Source: Alphaproteobacteria bacterium (GTDB lineage Bacteria > Pseudomonadota > Alphaproteobacteria > Rs-D84). From it: a DNA stretch of 39,381 nt. The position numbers were made by a program, and so were the translations under genes. The stretch lies in contig JAVBPX010000011.1 in the NCBI GenBank assembly GCA_031549365.1, forward strand, positions 1 through 39,381. The letters are read 5' to 3'. Each line of letters opens with the position of its first letter. Position 1 is the stretch's first letter. Shown one piece after another: positions 19,066-29,544 of the stretch. The notes under the pieces were generated by a model. It saw only the letters and a list, made by a program, of their open reading frames with translations. It had not been told where the DNA came from and searched no databases.

Positions 19066-20652
19066 ATGTTTCGTAAAATTATTGCAATGTTTATCGTTGC
19101 CCTAGTGGCTGCTTGCGGTGGAAAATCACAATTGAGTGGCCCAACTGACACAACATCATCTTTTGACGCTGAATTAATGAAACAAAACATGTGGACGGAC
19201 ATGACTGGCGAATCGGCCAGCGGTATAAAAACTATCGCCGCCCTGTTGCCATTATCCGGCCCGAATGCAAGCCTGGGCTTGGGCATCCAACACGCAATTG
19301 AAATCGCAATGTACCAAAAACAATCTGATAATACATTGCTATCATTCCATGATGTCGGGACATCCGGAACCGAAAAACATAAAAACATCCAAACTGCATT
19401 AAACCAAAGGCCGGATTTAATCATCGGCCCATTATTCGCAGACGACGTATCATTGGTCCGCGACATGGCTGATTCTGATATCCCAATTTTATCATTTACA
19501 TCTGATTCTCGGGTACTTGGCAATAACGTTCACACAATGGCATTAATGCCATCACAACAGGTTTCATCTGTTATTGCGGCCTCATCAATCCAAAACAAGC
19601 GCGACTTGGTAATTATCGCACCCGATAATACTTCTGGATACATCATGGCAAACGCCGCCCTTGATTCGGCAAAACATAATGGAATGCACGTGGCAGGTTT
19701 ATATTACTACCCTGAAAACAATCCGCAAAAACTGCGGGACACAGCAAAATTGGTTGCCCACTATGACGAACGTAATTCAACAAATAATTCGGCAAAAACC
19801 ATCATTTCAAATATATTGGTTCAAAACGAAAGTAAATTAACACTTGCCGAATCCGAATCTCTGAACAACCAATTGGATAAATTAAAAAAATCGGATACCT
19901 TGGGCGACGTAAATTACGATTCGATTTTATTACTCGGATCAAATTCTGATTTGCGTAGTCTGGGCTCATATTTGCGTTACTATGATGTTCGCTCATCATC
20001 CGTTCAATTCTTGGGCACCGCATTACTGGATTCTCCGGATATGTATACGGATCCTGCATTTTCTGGGGCAATTTTTGCAACTCTACCGGCTGAATCAGAA
20101 TATTTTAAAACAACATATTCAAATATCGAAACAACTGAACCAACCCGCCTGGCATCAATGGGATATGACGCAACGAATATCGCATTATCTGTATTGTTTG
20201 ATTCAAATCCAAACTATGCTTTGTCTAAATCATCGGGTTTTTCTGGCATTGATGGCATCGTACGCTTTTTATCTGACGGCACATCTGAACGCGGATTGCG
20301 CATTATGAAAATGACAGGGTCCCAACCACGCGAAATTGTACCGGCTCCACGCTCATTTTTGGATGACAACCCAATCAACGCATCGTCTTCCAAACCATCT
20401 GCAATTAAATTAAATAAATTGAATTTGCGCGCCCGCGATTTCATAACAATCCCATCACGTTTCAGTGGCATGGCCAAAACAACATCCGAACCAACCATCA
20501 CCGTAACTGAAACCGTATCGGAAATATTACCCGAAGATGACTCTGGCACAATAATCGATTCAGAATACATGCCGGGCAACATCGAAAGCGTCGAAACCGA
20601 AATTCTGGACTCGGTTGAAATCATCGAAAAACCCACCACCAAAAAACAATAA
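19066..20652 (+). CDS. penicillin-binding protein activator LpoA/LppC-like lipoprotein
   Basis: Lipobox VAAC; ALLPLSG, IIGPLF, MGYDA, FSGIDG..RF motifs; divergent from rsmI as in the conserved rsmI-lpoA arrangement. Confidence 0.85.
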   Translation: MFRKIIAMFIVALVAACGGKSQLSGPTDTTSSFDAELMKQNMWTDMTGESASGIKTIAALLPLSGPNASLGLGIQHAIEIAMYQKQSDNTLLSFHDVGTSGTEKHKNIQTALNQRPDLIIGPLFADDVSLVRDMADSDIPILSFTSDSRVLGNNVHTMALMPSQQVSSVIAASSIQNKRDLVIIAPDNTSGYIMANAALDSAKHNGMHVAGLYYYPENNPQKLRDTAKLVAHYDERNSTNNSAKTIISNILVQNESKLTLAESESLNNQLDKLKKSDTLGDVNYDSILLLGSNSDLRSLGSYLRYYDVRSSSVQFLGTALLDSPDMYTDPAFSGAIFATLPAESEYFKTTYSNIETTEPTRLASMGYDATNIALSVLFDSNPNYALSKSSGFSGIDGIVRFLSDGTSERGLRIMKMTGSQPREIVPAPRSFLDDNPINASSSKPSAIKLNKLNLRARDFITIPSRFSGMAKTTSEPTITVTETVSEILPEDDSGTIIDSEYMPGNIESVETEILDSVEIIEKPTTKKQ

Positions 20653-20721
20653 ACAAACCGCATAAAATCATTTTTAATACAATTATTACTTCATATCATC
20701 AAACAACAACCCAAATGATAC

Positions 20722-20752
20722 AAAAAAAAGGTTGGTGCACAAAACACCAACC
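20722..20752 (-). terminator. intrinsic terminator of the 21036-20779 gene
   Basis: GGTTGGTG/CACCAACC hairpin with an 8-T run on the minus strand. Confidence 0.7.
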
Positions 20753-20778
20753 ATCAAATAATCTAAAACTTTGGAAAA

Positions 20779-21036
20779 TTATCTTCCTTGCGACATCTGA
20801 AAATCCAGCAATTGATCTATACTAAACGGTCCCTGATAAATATCGCTTTCATCAACTCTCGCCTTAACCACTTTCTTTGGCTCGCTTTTAACCGGAGGCT
20901 TAATAAACTGCCTCGACCAACACAGAACATATTCCGGCTTTTTCCCCATAATTCTATCCTGCATATCCAATAAATTTAAATAGGTATACATACCTCCAAT
21001 TCCATTTATTGTTCCCATGTTATCATCATTAATCAT
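20779..21036 (-). CDS. small orphan protein (85 aa)
   Basis: AGGAG RBS, TTGACA-N16-TAAATT upstream and a terminator downstream. Confidence 0.7.
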   Translation of the reverse strand: MINDDNMGTINGIGGMYTYLNLLDMQDRIMGKKPEYVLCWSRQFIKPPVKSEPKKVVKARVDESDIYQGPFSIDQLLDFQMSQGR

Positions 21037-21266
21037 TTTTATAATCTCCTTGATTACACGACTAATTTAACACAAATAAATAAATTGTCAACCAAAAACC
21101 AAAATTATTATAAATAAATTTTTACAAATTCTAAATTTAGAATCTCTCGCCCCAACGAAAAATTGCATATTACTTCGCAATTTTCTACTCTTGATTGAAT
21201 TATTTGTATTTTCCCGCTATAATTGTTATTATAATCAAAGCTCAACCTATAATAAAAACGGAAAAC

Positions 21267-22262
21267 ATGCAAAAATTAAACTTTCCTCTGCCCTCTATTT
21301 CATCAGCATATATAAACGAAACAAAAATATACTTGGTATCTCCGGATCCAACGTTTGTAACTCCTAAATTTGGCACCCAATTATCCCCAAAAATTTATGA
21401 AATTAAAATTTCCGATTACGCAGATTTGGAATTATCATTCTCTCGCCCAAACGGACAATTTTTAATCGCAACCCGAATCACAACATCCGATTTAAATGTA
21501 ATCGAATATCATGCAAATATCTTTGTAAAAAACGATAAATTGTTTCGCGGTCCTTGGCTTTCCGCTGCAATTGAAAAACAAATAAAATCTTGGCGCCTAC
21601 ATTTTGATTCCGAAAACATTGACAACGACGAAACGAAAATTGAAATTACTGGTGTCCCAGACCAGTGGGAAATGCATCCTGGAACAAAATTTGACGATTT
21701 AACTTGGGTTATCCCAAACATGCGCGAACCTATCGAATTAGCGCCACCGATTGATATAAAAAAACACCCTGTGTCTGTAATTCCATTAACAATTATCGCA
21801 AAAAATTCCATGGCTTCGACCGCACTTCCGATAATAATAACAATCCCTGAACAATTATCTCTACACCACACAATATTTTATCAATCGGCGGATATAAAAC
21901 TCCCTAAAACAAATGATATCATCATAATCTCGGACATCCCAGCACACACATGTCTGTGCTCTGGCGTACAAACCCCTGATAAAAATTGGATTATAACCCC
22001 CAGCGACACAAAAAACGGAATTATAACAATAAAATACTTCAAGCCTTTGGGAACAGAGTTTCAAATAACCATATCCCTATATAATTCCTCGACAATGGAA
22101 AAGTCTGGCGAAATAAAAAAACAAATCCATCTCAACGGATCAATGAATCTACACCAAGAACAATACTGTAACGATTGTGGCATACGAAAAACCTGCTCAA
22201 TATTTGCAAATATGAATGGTAATCCATTGTATCTTTCGAACGATCTTCCCTCTGGCCACTAA
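21267..22262 (+). CDS. hypothetical protein with two adhesin-like Ig repeats and a C-terminal Cys cluster
   Basis: Start at MQKLNF; ITGVPDQWEMHPG..TWVI and ISDIPAHTCLCSG..NWIIT repeats; CNDC-x5-C. Confidence 0.65.
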   Translation: MQKLNFPLPSISSAYINETKIYLVSPDPTFVTPKFGTQLSPKIYEIKISDYADLELSFSRPNGQFLIATRITTSDLNVIEYHANIFVKNDKLFRGPWLSAAIEKQIKSWRLHFDSENIDNDETKIEITGVPDQWEMHPGTKFDDLTWVIPNMREPIELAPPIDIKKHPVSVIPLTIIAKNSMASTALPIIITIPEQLSLHHTIFYQSADIKLPKTNDIIIISDIPAHTCLCSGVQTPDKNWIITPSDTKNGIITIKYFKPLGTEFQITISLYNSSTMEKSGEIKKQIHLNGSMNLHQEQYCNDCGIRKTCSIFANMNGNPLYLSNDLPSGH

Positions 22263-22296
22263 CTTATAGCAATAATCTCGATTCTCAATACAACCA

Positions 22297-22413
22297 TAAA
22301 TCGCGTCAGAATACGATAATCCGGTGGATTCTTTTTATTTTTTCAGCGGGCTGAGCGTATACAAACATACGTGACCCCACGAAAAAATGAAAAAACGCGC
22401 CACCCCGCGCGAC
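22297..22413 (+). repeat. family B element, first of a tandem pair
   Basis: Left end AAATCGCGTCAGAATACGAT identical to the 18042 copy; core GAGCGTATACAAACATACGTGA. Confidence 0.85.
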
Positions 22414-22414
22414 A

Positions 22415-22544
22415 TAAAATCAATCAAAACGTAGTAGTTGGTTGTGGCTTCGCCGTTTTTTGACACGACGGAGTGTACATAAACGTACATGACCCGTGCA
22501 AAAAACAAAAAACGCAGCCAAATGCTGCGTTTTCATTGATTTTA
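22415..22544 (+). repeat. family B element ending in the rpmH stop codon
   Basis: Perfect 10-bp terminal inverted repeat TAAAATCAAT/ATTGATTTTA; core GAGTGTACATAAACGTACATGA. Confidence 0.85.
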
Positions 22545-22697
22545 ATTGTTGACTGGGCCAACAGACACTCTCGCACGACCTTTCGCGCGTCTTGCGTTCA
22601 AAACCTTGCGTCCACCGGCTGTTTCCATACGTGTGCGGAACCCGTGCGTATGCACGCGGCGAACTTTTGATGGTTGATAAGTACGTTTCGTAGCCAT
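22542..22697 (-). CDS. rpmH: 50S ribosomal protein L34 (absent from the ORF track)
   Basis: Manual translation [51 protein letters not shown]; AAGGA RBS. Confidence 0.97.
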   Translation of the reverse strand: MATKRTYQPSKVRRVHTHGFRTRMETAGGRKVLNARRAKGRARVSVGPVNN

Positions 22698-22760
22698 AAT
22701 AAATCCTTTTATTGCTGTGGCATTTAATCACAGGTTTTTTTGAATTGCAAGTAAAATATG

Positions 22761-23018
22761 CTATTCAGCAACTTCTTCCGCAACCGGGGCATCATTTTTA
22801 ATTTTTTCGCGTAAAATGATGCGTCCTCGAGATAAATCATATGGGGTCATTTCAACCTGAACCTTGTCCCCAACATTAACCCAAATCTTAAATTTTCTCA
22901 TTTTTCCGGCAATTGTGCCCAATACTTCGTGTCCATTTTCCAACTTTACACGAAACATAGTATTTGGCATTTTTTCTGTAACAACGCCGTTAAAAACAAT
23001 CATATCGTCTTTTGCCAT
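22761..23018 (-). CDS. infA: translation initiation factor IF-1
   Basis: MAKDD...[12 protein letters not shown]...GKMRK...[17 protein letters not shown]; alternative in-frame ATG at 23039. Confidence 0.97.
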   Translation of the reverse strand: MAKDDMIVFNGVVTEKMPNTMFRVKLENGHEVLGTIAGKMRKFKIWVNVGDKVQVEMTPYDLSRGRIILREKIKNDAPVAEEVAE

Positions 23019-23145
23019 ATTAAACCTTTTGGTTGACATGGGCGGAATTATACCTCGCCGAACCCAAATTGCAACTGTTTTGTTGAAAATTTGATATTTT
23101 TGGTCTATGCTTGACATATTGAACACGAAACCTCAGGGGCATAAC

Positions 23146-23319
23146 ATGATTTTTATGATAATACTTTTGACCATTTTGGTCGCAATCTTGGGCGCAGAAA
23201 TAATAAACATCTATACCCGAATTTTAAAACAGTACGACAATAAAATCGACGGACTGAATAAACGCATCCGCGATTTGGAATTAAAATCGGAATCTGGTGA
23301 AAAACGTGGAAAAAAATAA
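23146..23319 (+). CDS. small membrane-anchored coiled-coil protein (57 aa)
   Basis: AGGGG RBS, N-terminal hydrophobic helix, heptad-like tail; overlaps the rbfA start. Confidence 0.5.
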   Translation: MIFMIILLTILVAILGAEIINIYTRILKQYDNKIDGLNKRIRDLELKSESGEKRGKK

Positions 23320-23662
23320 ATACCTGCCGCGCCAAAAAAAGATAGCATCCGCAGTACAAAAATACATTGCGGAAATCCTGCTTGAAAATTATTTGGACGA
23401 CCCTATTATATCAAACGTATCAATCGTATCGACGGACGCATCCGGCGGCCTGCAATTTGTAAAAATATTTTATTATGTTCGCGGCGGCATTGATTTAAAA
23501 TTGGTTGATAAAACATTGGCCGAGGCCAAAGATAACATCCGCTATGTCCTGGCGCAAAAAATGAACCAAAAATATGTACCAGACTTACGCTTTATCTATG
23601 ACGACACTCTGGAACGCGCCCAACATATCGAATCTTTGTTTGAAAAAATTCGGGAACAATAA
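23297..23662 (+). CDS. rbfA: ribosome-binding factor A
   Basis: RQKKIAS.VQ..IAEIL, IRYVLAQKM..KYVPDLRFIYDDT; GTG start. Confidence 0.9.
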   Translation: MKNVEKNKYLPRQKKIASAVQKYIAEILLENYLDDPIISNVSIVSTDASGGLQFVKIFYYVRGGIDLKLVDKTLAEAKDNIRYVLAQKMNQKYVPDLRFIYDDTLERAQHIESLFEKIREQ

Positions 23663-23663
23663 A

Positions 23664-23990
23664 ATGCGTAAAACTTTGACCCAACGGTCTGACTTTTTGG
23701 AACTGGCGGCATCCGATATTTCATATATCACACCTTTTTTCGTGGCCAAGGCGCGCAAAACAAAAACCCCAAACGACCCGAAATACGGGCTGGTTGCAAC
23801 ACTAAAAACCTTTAAAACAGCTGTTGCCCGCAACCGTGCAAAACGACTATTGCGGGAATGGATTCGAATTACCGAAAAAGAAATGAATCCCAATTTTGAT
23901 TATACATTTGTCGCCCGCCACGCAATTTTACACGCAACACGGGATAACGGATTAAAACAAATGACCACCACCCTTAAAAACATAAAATAA
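23664..23990 (+). CDS. rnpA: ribonuclease P protein component
   Basis: L.QRSDF, GL.ATLK, AVARNRAKRLLRE (RNR motif), DYTFVAR. Confidence 0.93.
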   Translation: MRKTLTQRSDFLELAASDISYITPFFVAKARKTKTPNDPKYGLVATLKTFKTAVARNRAKRLLREWIRITEKEMNPNFDYTFVARHAILHATRDNGLKQMTTTLKNIK

Positions 23991-24102
23991 CTTGTACCCA
24001 ATGTGGAATAAAATAAAACAGTAAATGTTTTATTTTATAGAATAGCGCGCCCAATCTTTGATTGGTGGGCGCGTTGTCCCCAACGAGAGAGATACCAAAA
24101 CA

Positions 24103-24318
24103 ATGAAACAAATCGCATCGTTCTTAATTGCCACCTACCGCGTCGCCATCTCGCCCTTTGTTTCAAACAAAGCAGTCTGCCGATTCTATCCCTCGTGTTC
24201 CGATTATATGGATATGGCAATACAAAAATACGGCTTTATCCGGGGCGCATGGCTTGGTATCAAACGAATTTCGCGCTGCCGTCCCGGCGGGGGCCACGGC
24301 TTTGACCCAGTCCCCTAA
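24103..24318 (+). CDS. yidD: membrane protein insertion efficiency factor YidD
   Basis: YR.AISP, CRFYPSCSDY, RISRCRP..GHGFDPVP; follows rnpA. Confidence 0.95.
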   Translation: MKQIASFLIATYRVAISPFVSNKAVCRFYPSCSDYMDMAIQKYGFIRGAWLGIKRISRCRPGGGHGFDPVP

Positions 24319-24353
24319 ATCCAAAACAAACACATCCCTATCAAATAATTCCA

Positions 24354-24440
24354 CACCTGACTTAAATCAATATGCCACGAACTCCGCGAATTTTGTTTCA
24401 CAAAATTCCGTGACACAATGTTCTCATAAATAATCAGAAC
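24354..24440. repeat. family C structured repeat, single copy
   Basis: CACCTGACTTAA...GAACTCCG-CG-AATTTTGT-ttc-ACAAAATT-CCGTGACA-CAATGTTC...TAATCAGAAC. Confidence 0.85.
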
Positions 24441-24546
24441 AGGCCCAACCAAATAACCAAAATTATAAAAAACAAATTCTGATTGCCATCCAATCTCAAA
24501 AGTGCTAGCCTGCTATCGTGGATAAAAATCATCACAAGGAAAAACT

Positions 24547-25668
24547 ATGTCATTTCAATTACGCAAACTCGTAAAACGCTTGGTATCCTGGTCTGGGATA
24601 TTTTTCTTTTTACTGGCCGCATTCATGCTGTATAAACAATTGGGCAAATACGATTGGACCGACATCCAAGCCGCCTTATTCGCAATCCCAAAAAAGAATT
24701 TATTGCTCGCTTGCCTTGCATCAATCGCCGGATATTTGGCTCTGTCTTCTTATGATTATTTGGCCCTACGCTATGTCAAGCGCAGTATTTCTACCTGGAA
24801 ATGGATGTTCGCCGGCATAATTGGTTTTTCAGTATCCAATAACGCGGGGCACGCCGTTGTATCTGGCGGGACAATTCGCTATCGCCTATACACTCGTTGG
24901 CGTTTCCGAGGCGGAGAAATCGTAAAAATGGTAACTTTTTCTGGATTTACTTACCTAATGGCTTGCTTTGCACTGATTATCATGGGCTATTTTTTAACGC
25001 CAGACCGTGCCTTTGGCGATGGATCAATCTCTCATCACGCAACTGGCATAATTGCTCTGTGCTCCGCAATCGGTCTTGCCTTATATTTCGGCGCCAGCTT
25101 GCTACACAAAAAATCAATCACCATTCGTGGTCTACAATTTGATATACCAACACCATCAATGGCCCTGGCCCAGGTTGTAATCGGCGGCATTGACATATTG
25201 TTGGCATCTCTTGTGCTATATTTTTCGATTACCCCATTCATTGACATTCCATTTGATACCTTTATCGGGGTATTTATAATTGCCCAGGTCCTGGGCGTAT
25301 TCAGCCAGGTCCCCGGCGGCCTTGGCGTATTCGAAGGCCTATTCATGTACATAATCCCAGGCGATCATAATTCCGCTGCCTTGTTCGGCGCCTTAATCGC
25401 ATACCGTATTATTTATTATCTGTTACCCTTGGTATTTTCGGCCGTCGCCCTAACATCATATGAAATGTATTTGAAATATGTCCGCCACCAGACATTGTCC
25501 AAATTGAAAATCTTGGATACTGACACAATCGCAGAAAAACTATCCCACCCAGATGATAAAAATGACAAAGAAGATAAAACCAAAAAATCTGGCGAAAAAA
25601 CAACAAAAAGGCAATCATCAAAAAAATCTACAACCAAAAAACCGACTAAACCAAAATTAAAAAAATAA
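24547..25668 (+). CDS. lysylphosphatidylglycerol synthase TM-domain / UPF0104 (MprF flippase-like) membrane protein
   Basis: YDYLAL, SGGTIRYRLY, VPGGLGVFE, YRIIYYLLP; Lys-rich tail; no synthase domain. Confidence 0.85.
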   Translation: MSFQLRKLVKRLVSWSGIFFFLLAAFMLYKQLGKYDWTDIQAALFAIPKKNLLLACLASIAGYLALSSYDYLALRYVKRSISTWKWMFAGIIGFSVSNNAGHAVVSGGTIRYRLYTRWRFRGGEIVKMVTFSGFTYLMACFALIIMGYFLTPDRAFGDGSISHHATGIIALCSAIGLALYFGASLLHKKSITIRGLQFDIPTPSMALAQVVIGGIDILLASLVLYFSITPFIDIPFDTFIGVFIIAQVLGVFSQVPGGLGVFEGLFMYIIPGDHNSAALFGALIAYRIIYYLLPLVFSAVALTSYEMYLKYVRHQTLSKLKILDTDTIAEKLSHPDDKNDKEDKTKKSGEKTTKRQSSKKSTTKKPTKPKLKK

Positions 25669-25682
25669 TTCTTCACATTATC

Positions 25683-25708
25683 ATCCCGAACTCGTTTCGG
25701 GATTTTTT
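25683..25708 (+). terminator. intrinsic terminator
   Basis: ATCCCGAA/TTCGGGAT plus T-run after the MprF-like gene; starts like a family A repeat (TATCATCCC). Confidence 0.7.
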
Positions 25709-25747
25709 ATGTTTTTAAAAGACTTTGTATACGGATAAAAACGTTTC

Positions 25748-25875
25748 AAAATGTGTCAGAATTATGTAGTTACAAAGAATTTATCCCATTTTTGGGACCG
25801 CTGTGTACATGAACATACATAAGGTTCCAAAAATGGGATAAACTTGTTGGCAAATGCGTGATTATCACACGATTT
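25748..25875 (+). repeat. family B element overlapping the xth 3' end
   Basis: Stem TTTATCCCATTTTTGGGACC/GGTTCCAAAAATGGGATAAA; core GTGTACATGAACATACATAA; the right arm contains the xth stop. Confidence 0.88.
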
Positions 25876-26635
25876 CTAACACCAATGGGGTATGATCACT
25901 CGGACTACTTTCCCCTCTGGGCCCCTTATCAATCCAACAATTTTTAATCAATGGCAACGCAGCTTTATTCACCAAAAAATAATCCAATAACAAACCATGA
26001 TTTTTTGGGAATCCGCCCATACGATATCCCCACCAAGTATAGGCCTTTTCTGCATCTGGATTTACATGGCGAAACGCATCAACCCAACCAGCATCAATCC
26101 ATTTTTGCATAATTTTTCTGGCAGCTGGCGCTGAAATCGATGAACCTTTGTATCCTGCAGGATTCCAAATATCGCGATCAAACAAGGCAACATTATAATC
26201 GCCACCAATAACAACTGGTTCTTCTGCCTCCAACAGATGTGAAATATGATTCGTAAAAGCTTCCATCCATTCAATTTTATACGGAAATTTTGGGGAATCC
26301 TCGGCCTCGCCATTTGGCATATAAACATTGATAATTCGAACGCGACCATCAATCAAACATTCCATATATCTTGAATTTTCATCTGGATAATTTGGCAACC
26401 CTCGCGTAACATCTTCAATTGAATACTTGGAAAAAACAGCAACCCCATTCCAGCTTTTTTGCCCAAATACTTTTATATTATATCCCAAATGATCAAACAA
26501 AATATGTGGGAACTGACAATCAACGCACTTTAACTCCTGAACTAAAATCACATCAGGATCTGCTTCTTTCACCCAATTATTAAAATTTTCTGCGTGCGCC
26601 CGCATTGAATTAATGTTAAAAGTTGCGATTTTCAT
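25865..26635 (-). CDS. xth: exodeoxyribonuclease III
   Basis: MKIATFNINS, VQELK, NVYMPNG, GDYN, YTWW.YR, SDHTP. Confidence 0.96.
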   Translation of the reverse strand: MKIATFNINSMRAHAENFNNWVKEADPDVILVQELKCVDCQFPHILFDHLGYNIKVFGQKSWNGVAVFSKYSIEDVTRGLPNYPDENSRYMECLIDGRVRIINVYMPNGEAEDSPKFPYKIEWMEAFTNHISHLLEAEEPVVIGGDYNVALFDRDIWNPAGYKGSSISAPAARKIMQKWIDAGWVDAFRHVNPDAEKAYTWWGYRMGGFPKNHGLLLDYFLVNKAALPLIKNCWIDKGPRGESSPSDHTPLVLEIV

Positions 26636-26695
26636 AAAAAATCCTCCTAAATAATACGCTTGAAATGTTGTTTATCTGGGCTTATGATAACGCTT

Positions 26696-29458
26696 ATGAC
26701 CGAACATTTCAAGGCATCAGTTTTTTCAACAACCAACCCATCAAAAATACTTGATGCCTTGTGGGATTTGGCAAAACGCGCTGACCATAATTATATAAAC
26801 GATGTAATATTTTTACCCACTTCACGCGCTTGCCGTGCAATCGAAAAAATGTTCGTTGAAAAAATTGGTCATGCAATAATCCCACCAAAATTAATACCAC
26901 TGGGGAACGGCCTGGATGATTTGGACGATTCAAATGTTATGGATTCGTCGGACCGCTTATTAATACTTCTTGCCCTAATCATGGCCGAACAGCGCGCCAC
27001 CGGAAACCCTGAATCAATTTCATTAACATTACCGCTCGCCAACAGTTTGATACAAATGTTGGACTATATCACAACGGAACAAATTGACGTCCCAAATTGG
27101 GATGAATTGGTTGATGATAAATTCGCAACACATTGGGTGGCCAAGGCTAAATTCCTAAACCTGGTAACAAAATCATTACCAAAAATAATGTCTGAATACG
27201 GGGTTATTTCATCAAAACAAAAACAAATAATTGACGCAAAATCGGCAATAAAAAAAATTGATAATAATGAAATCACCGGAAAAATTATTGTGTGTGGTTC
27301 CACGGCCAGCATTCCATCCACAGCAGAATTAATGCAATCCGTTTTACGCCACAAAAACGGAATTATAATCTTACCAGGTGCTGTACACGAAATGACCGAA
27401 CAAACAATGCAGTCCGTCATTGAAAACGGATCCGAGCACCACCCATATTTTGGAATTTTTCGGTGGTTAAAAAAATGCAATCTAAAACCATCCGATATCC
27501 AAAAATTGGATTACGGCATATCGAACATAGGCTTTTTAAATCAATGTTTTGAACCCACGGAAAAACTTCCATCAGATTTAAAATTAAACGGTGTAAAATT
27601 AATCGAATGCGAAAACGAAAGCATTGAATCCCAAACTCTCGCACTAATGATTCGCGATAATATCGAACAAAAAAAATCGGTACTTGTCGTAACGCCAGAC
27701 ATCGGAACATCATATCGCATATCAAAACACTTGTCTAATATGGGAACTATGGCGGATTTATCGTCCGGGCAACCAGCATCCATGACAGCCTTCGGCAATC
27801 TATTTATAATGATTTTAAACGCATATTTGGAACCCCATAATCCAGTAAATATTCTGGGAATATTAAAGCATAAATTTGTTTATTGCGGAATAACATCCGA
27901 ACAAAACAAAAAATTTACCGAACAATTGGAGCGCCATTATTTTCGAAAACCTATAACATACGAAACATTAAATGAACTAAAATCTGAAATTATATCACGC
28001 GACGGGACAAACGATGAATTTGCGTCATGGACAACAACATGGATTAACGCATTAATTCGCCCAGAAAACAATTTCTTTGATTACACAAAACACTCCATTG
28101 CAACTCTGTGTAAAAACAATGACAACCAATATAACGCTGAATTATATACCGACGAATCAAAATCGGCTTGGCTTGCATTAAATGATTTAAATCAATCCAT
28201 TATAAACGGCCCGCTTGAAATTAATCTTGCCGATTATAAAACCCTGTGCATGAATACATTGCAATCAACCGCCATCCGAAATAAAAACGCAACCTCTTCA
28301 AACATTTCGGTCCTTGGCCCGATCGAGGCTCGGCTACTAACCGCAGACACAGTAATCCTATCCGGCCTAAACGAGGGGATGTTTCCAAAAAACGGGTTCG
28401 ACCACCCATGGGTAAACCGCAAAATAATTGATGAAATTGGACTACCTCATCCAGAACGCAAGGTTGGACTCATGGCATTGGACTTTATGACTCTGTCTTG
28501 TGCAAAAAATGTATACTGGGTTCGGTCAAAAAAAATGGGATCGGAAATTACAACGGAATCGCGATTTTTATCCCGCGTTGATGTAATATCAAAACGAATG
28601 GGCGACAAAATCGAGCATTGTGAACTATATACAAAAATGGCCGAATCTCTGGACAATGTTGAAATATCACCAATCACGCCATTGGAACCACGTCCTCCTG
28701 TTAATTCACGAATTAATAACCCATATGTAACCGACTTGGATTTATTAATCCATAATCCGTACGCATATTACGCTAAATGTATTTTAAAATTACGTCCATT
28801 GGATGAAGTTAATCGAGAAATTGATTCACGTGATTTCGGAAATTTAATACACTCTGTTTTGGAAAAAATAAATCCAAATATTTCGGAAAATGATTTAATA
28901 AAAAAACTGGATTTTGAATCTGATAAAATTCTTCCAAAAAAATCCGTCCTTCGCCGTTTTTGGCACAATCGTTTTGTTGAAATTGCACCAACAGTTATTA
29001 AAATGTTGCAACTATCAATAAACGCAAGAACAGAAATTTCTGGATCCCTCAATTTCGGAAAACACACAATTCGCGCCCGCGCTGACCGCATCTGGAACGA
29101 CAACGATACCGGACACGTATTGGATATTAAAACAGGAACTCCGCCATCTAAAAAATCACTAAACGCCGGCAATTCGCCGCAATTACCATTATCAGCATCA
29201 ATGTTAATTAATGAACCTGGGTTCATCAATCAATCAAAATGCAAAACCGCAATCATCCATTTTTTACAATTACAGTTCAGAAACACTAAACTTGTAACAT
29301 ACGATGAAACATCAACATCGGAAATGATTTCAGCAACCCATGATAAAATCGAAAAACTATTTGAATACTATTCAAACCCAAACACACCTTTTGTATACCG
29401 CGAAACATCGGAACCTAAATATCAAATTTACGACCAACTGGCCCGTACCACAGAATAA
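26696..29458 (+). CDS. addB: double-strand break repair protein AddB (PD-(D/E)XK nuclease)
   Basis: FLPTSRA, GSTASIPSTA, LGPIEARL, LNEGMFP, SRFL, NPYAYYA, RADRI, DIKTG, YDQLAR C-terminus. Confidence 0.88.
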   Translation: MTEHFKASVFSTTNPSKILDALWDLAKRADHNYINDVIFLPTSRACRAIEKMFVEKIGHAIIPPKLIPLGNGLDDLDDSNVMDSSDRLLILLALIMAEQRATGNPESISLTLPLANSLIQMLDYITTEQIDVPNWDELVDDKFATHWVAKAKFLNLVTKSLPKIMSEYGVISSKQKQIIDAKSAIKKIDNNEITGKIIVCGSTASIPSTAELMQSVLRHKNGIIILPGAVHEMTEQTMQSVIENGSEHHPYFGIFRWLKKCNLKPSDIQKLDYGISNIGFLNQCFEPTEKLPSDLKLNGVKLIECENESIESQTLALMIRDNIEQKKSVLVVTPDIGTSYRISKHLSNMGTMADLSSGQPASMTAFGNLFIMILNAYLEPHNPVNILGILKHKFVYCGITSEQNKKFTEQLERHYFRKPITYETLNELKSEIISRDGTNDEFASWTTTWINALIRPENNFFDYTKHSIATLCKNNDNQYNAELYTDESKSAWLALNDLNQSIINGPLEINLADYKTLCMNTLQSTAIRNKNATSSNISVLGPIEARLLTADTVILSGLNEGMFPKNGFDHPWVNRKIIDEIGLPHPERKVGLMALDFMTLSCAKNVYWVRSKKMGSEITTESRFLSRVDVISKRMGDKIEHCELYTKMAESLDNVEISPITPLEPRPPVNSRINNPYVTDLDLLIHNPYAYYAKCILKLRPLDEVNREIDSRDFGNLIHSVLEKINPNISENDLIKKLDFESDKILPKKSVLRRFWHNRFVEIAPTVIKMLQLSINARTEISGSLNFGKHTIRARADRIWNDNDTGHVLDIKTGTPPSKKSLNAGNSPQLPLSASMLINEPGFINQSKCKTAIIHFLQLQFRNTKLVTYDETSTSEMISATHDKIEKLFEYYSNPNTPFVYRETSEPKYQIYDQLARTTE

Positions 29459-29467
29459 CAAAAACCT

Positions 29468-29506
29468 AATATGCATTGTCCCAGTGTGCCGACTGGCCCA
29501 GATACC
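29468..29506 (+). repeat. short hairpin element related to the flanks of the 17158-17287 element
   Basis: AATATGC.TTG..CCAGTGTGCCGACTGG.CCAGATACC. Confidence 0.7.
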
Positions 29507-29544
29507 CTCTTGAAAAAACCATTGGTTTATGATAAACTCTCTCT

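Noticed and set aside
18165-19523. 452-aa extended RsmI from the ORF track
   Set aside because: The N-terminal ~170 aa are the antisense shadow of the lpoA-like gene; RsmI similarity starts near 19013.
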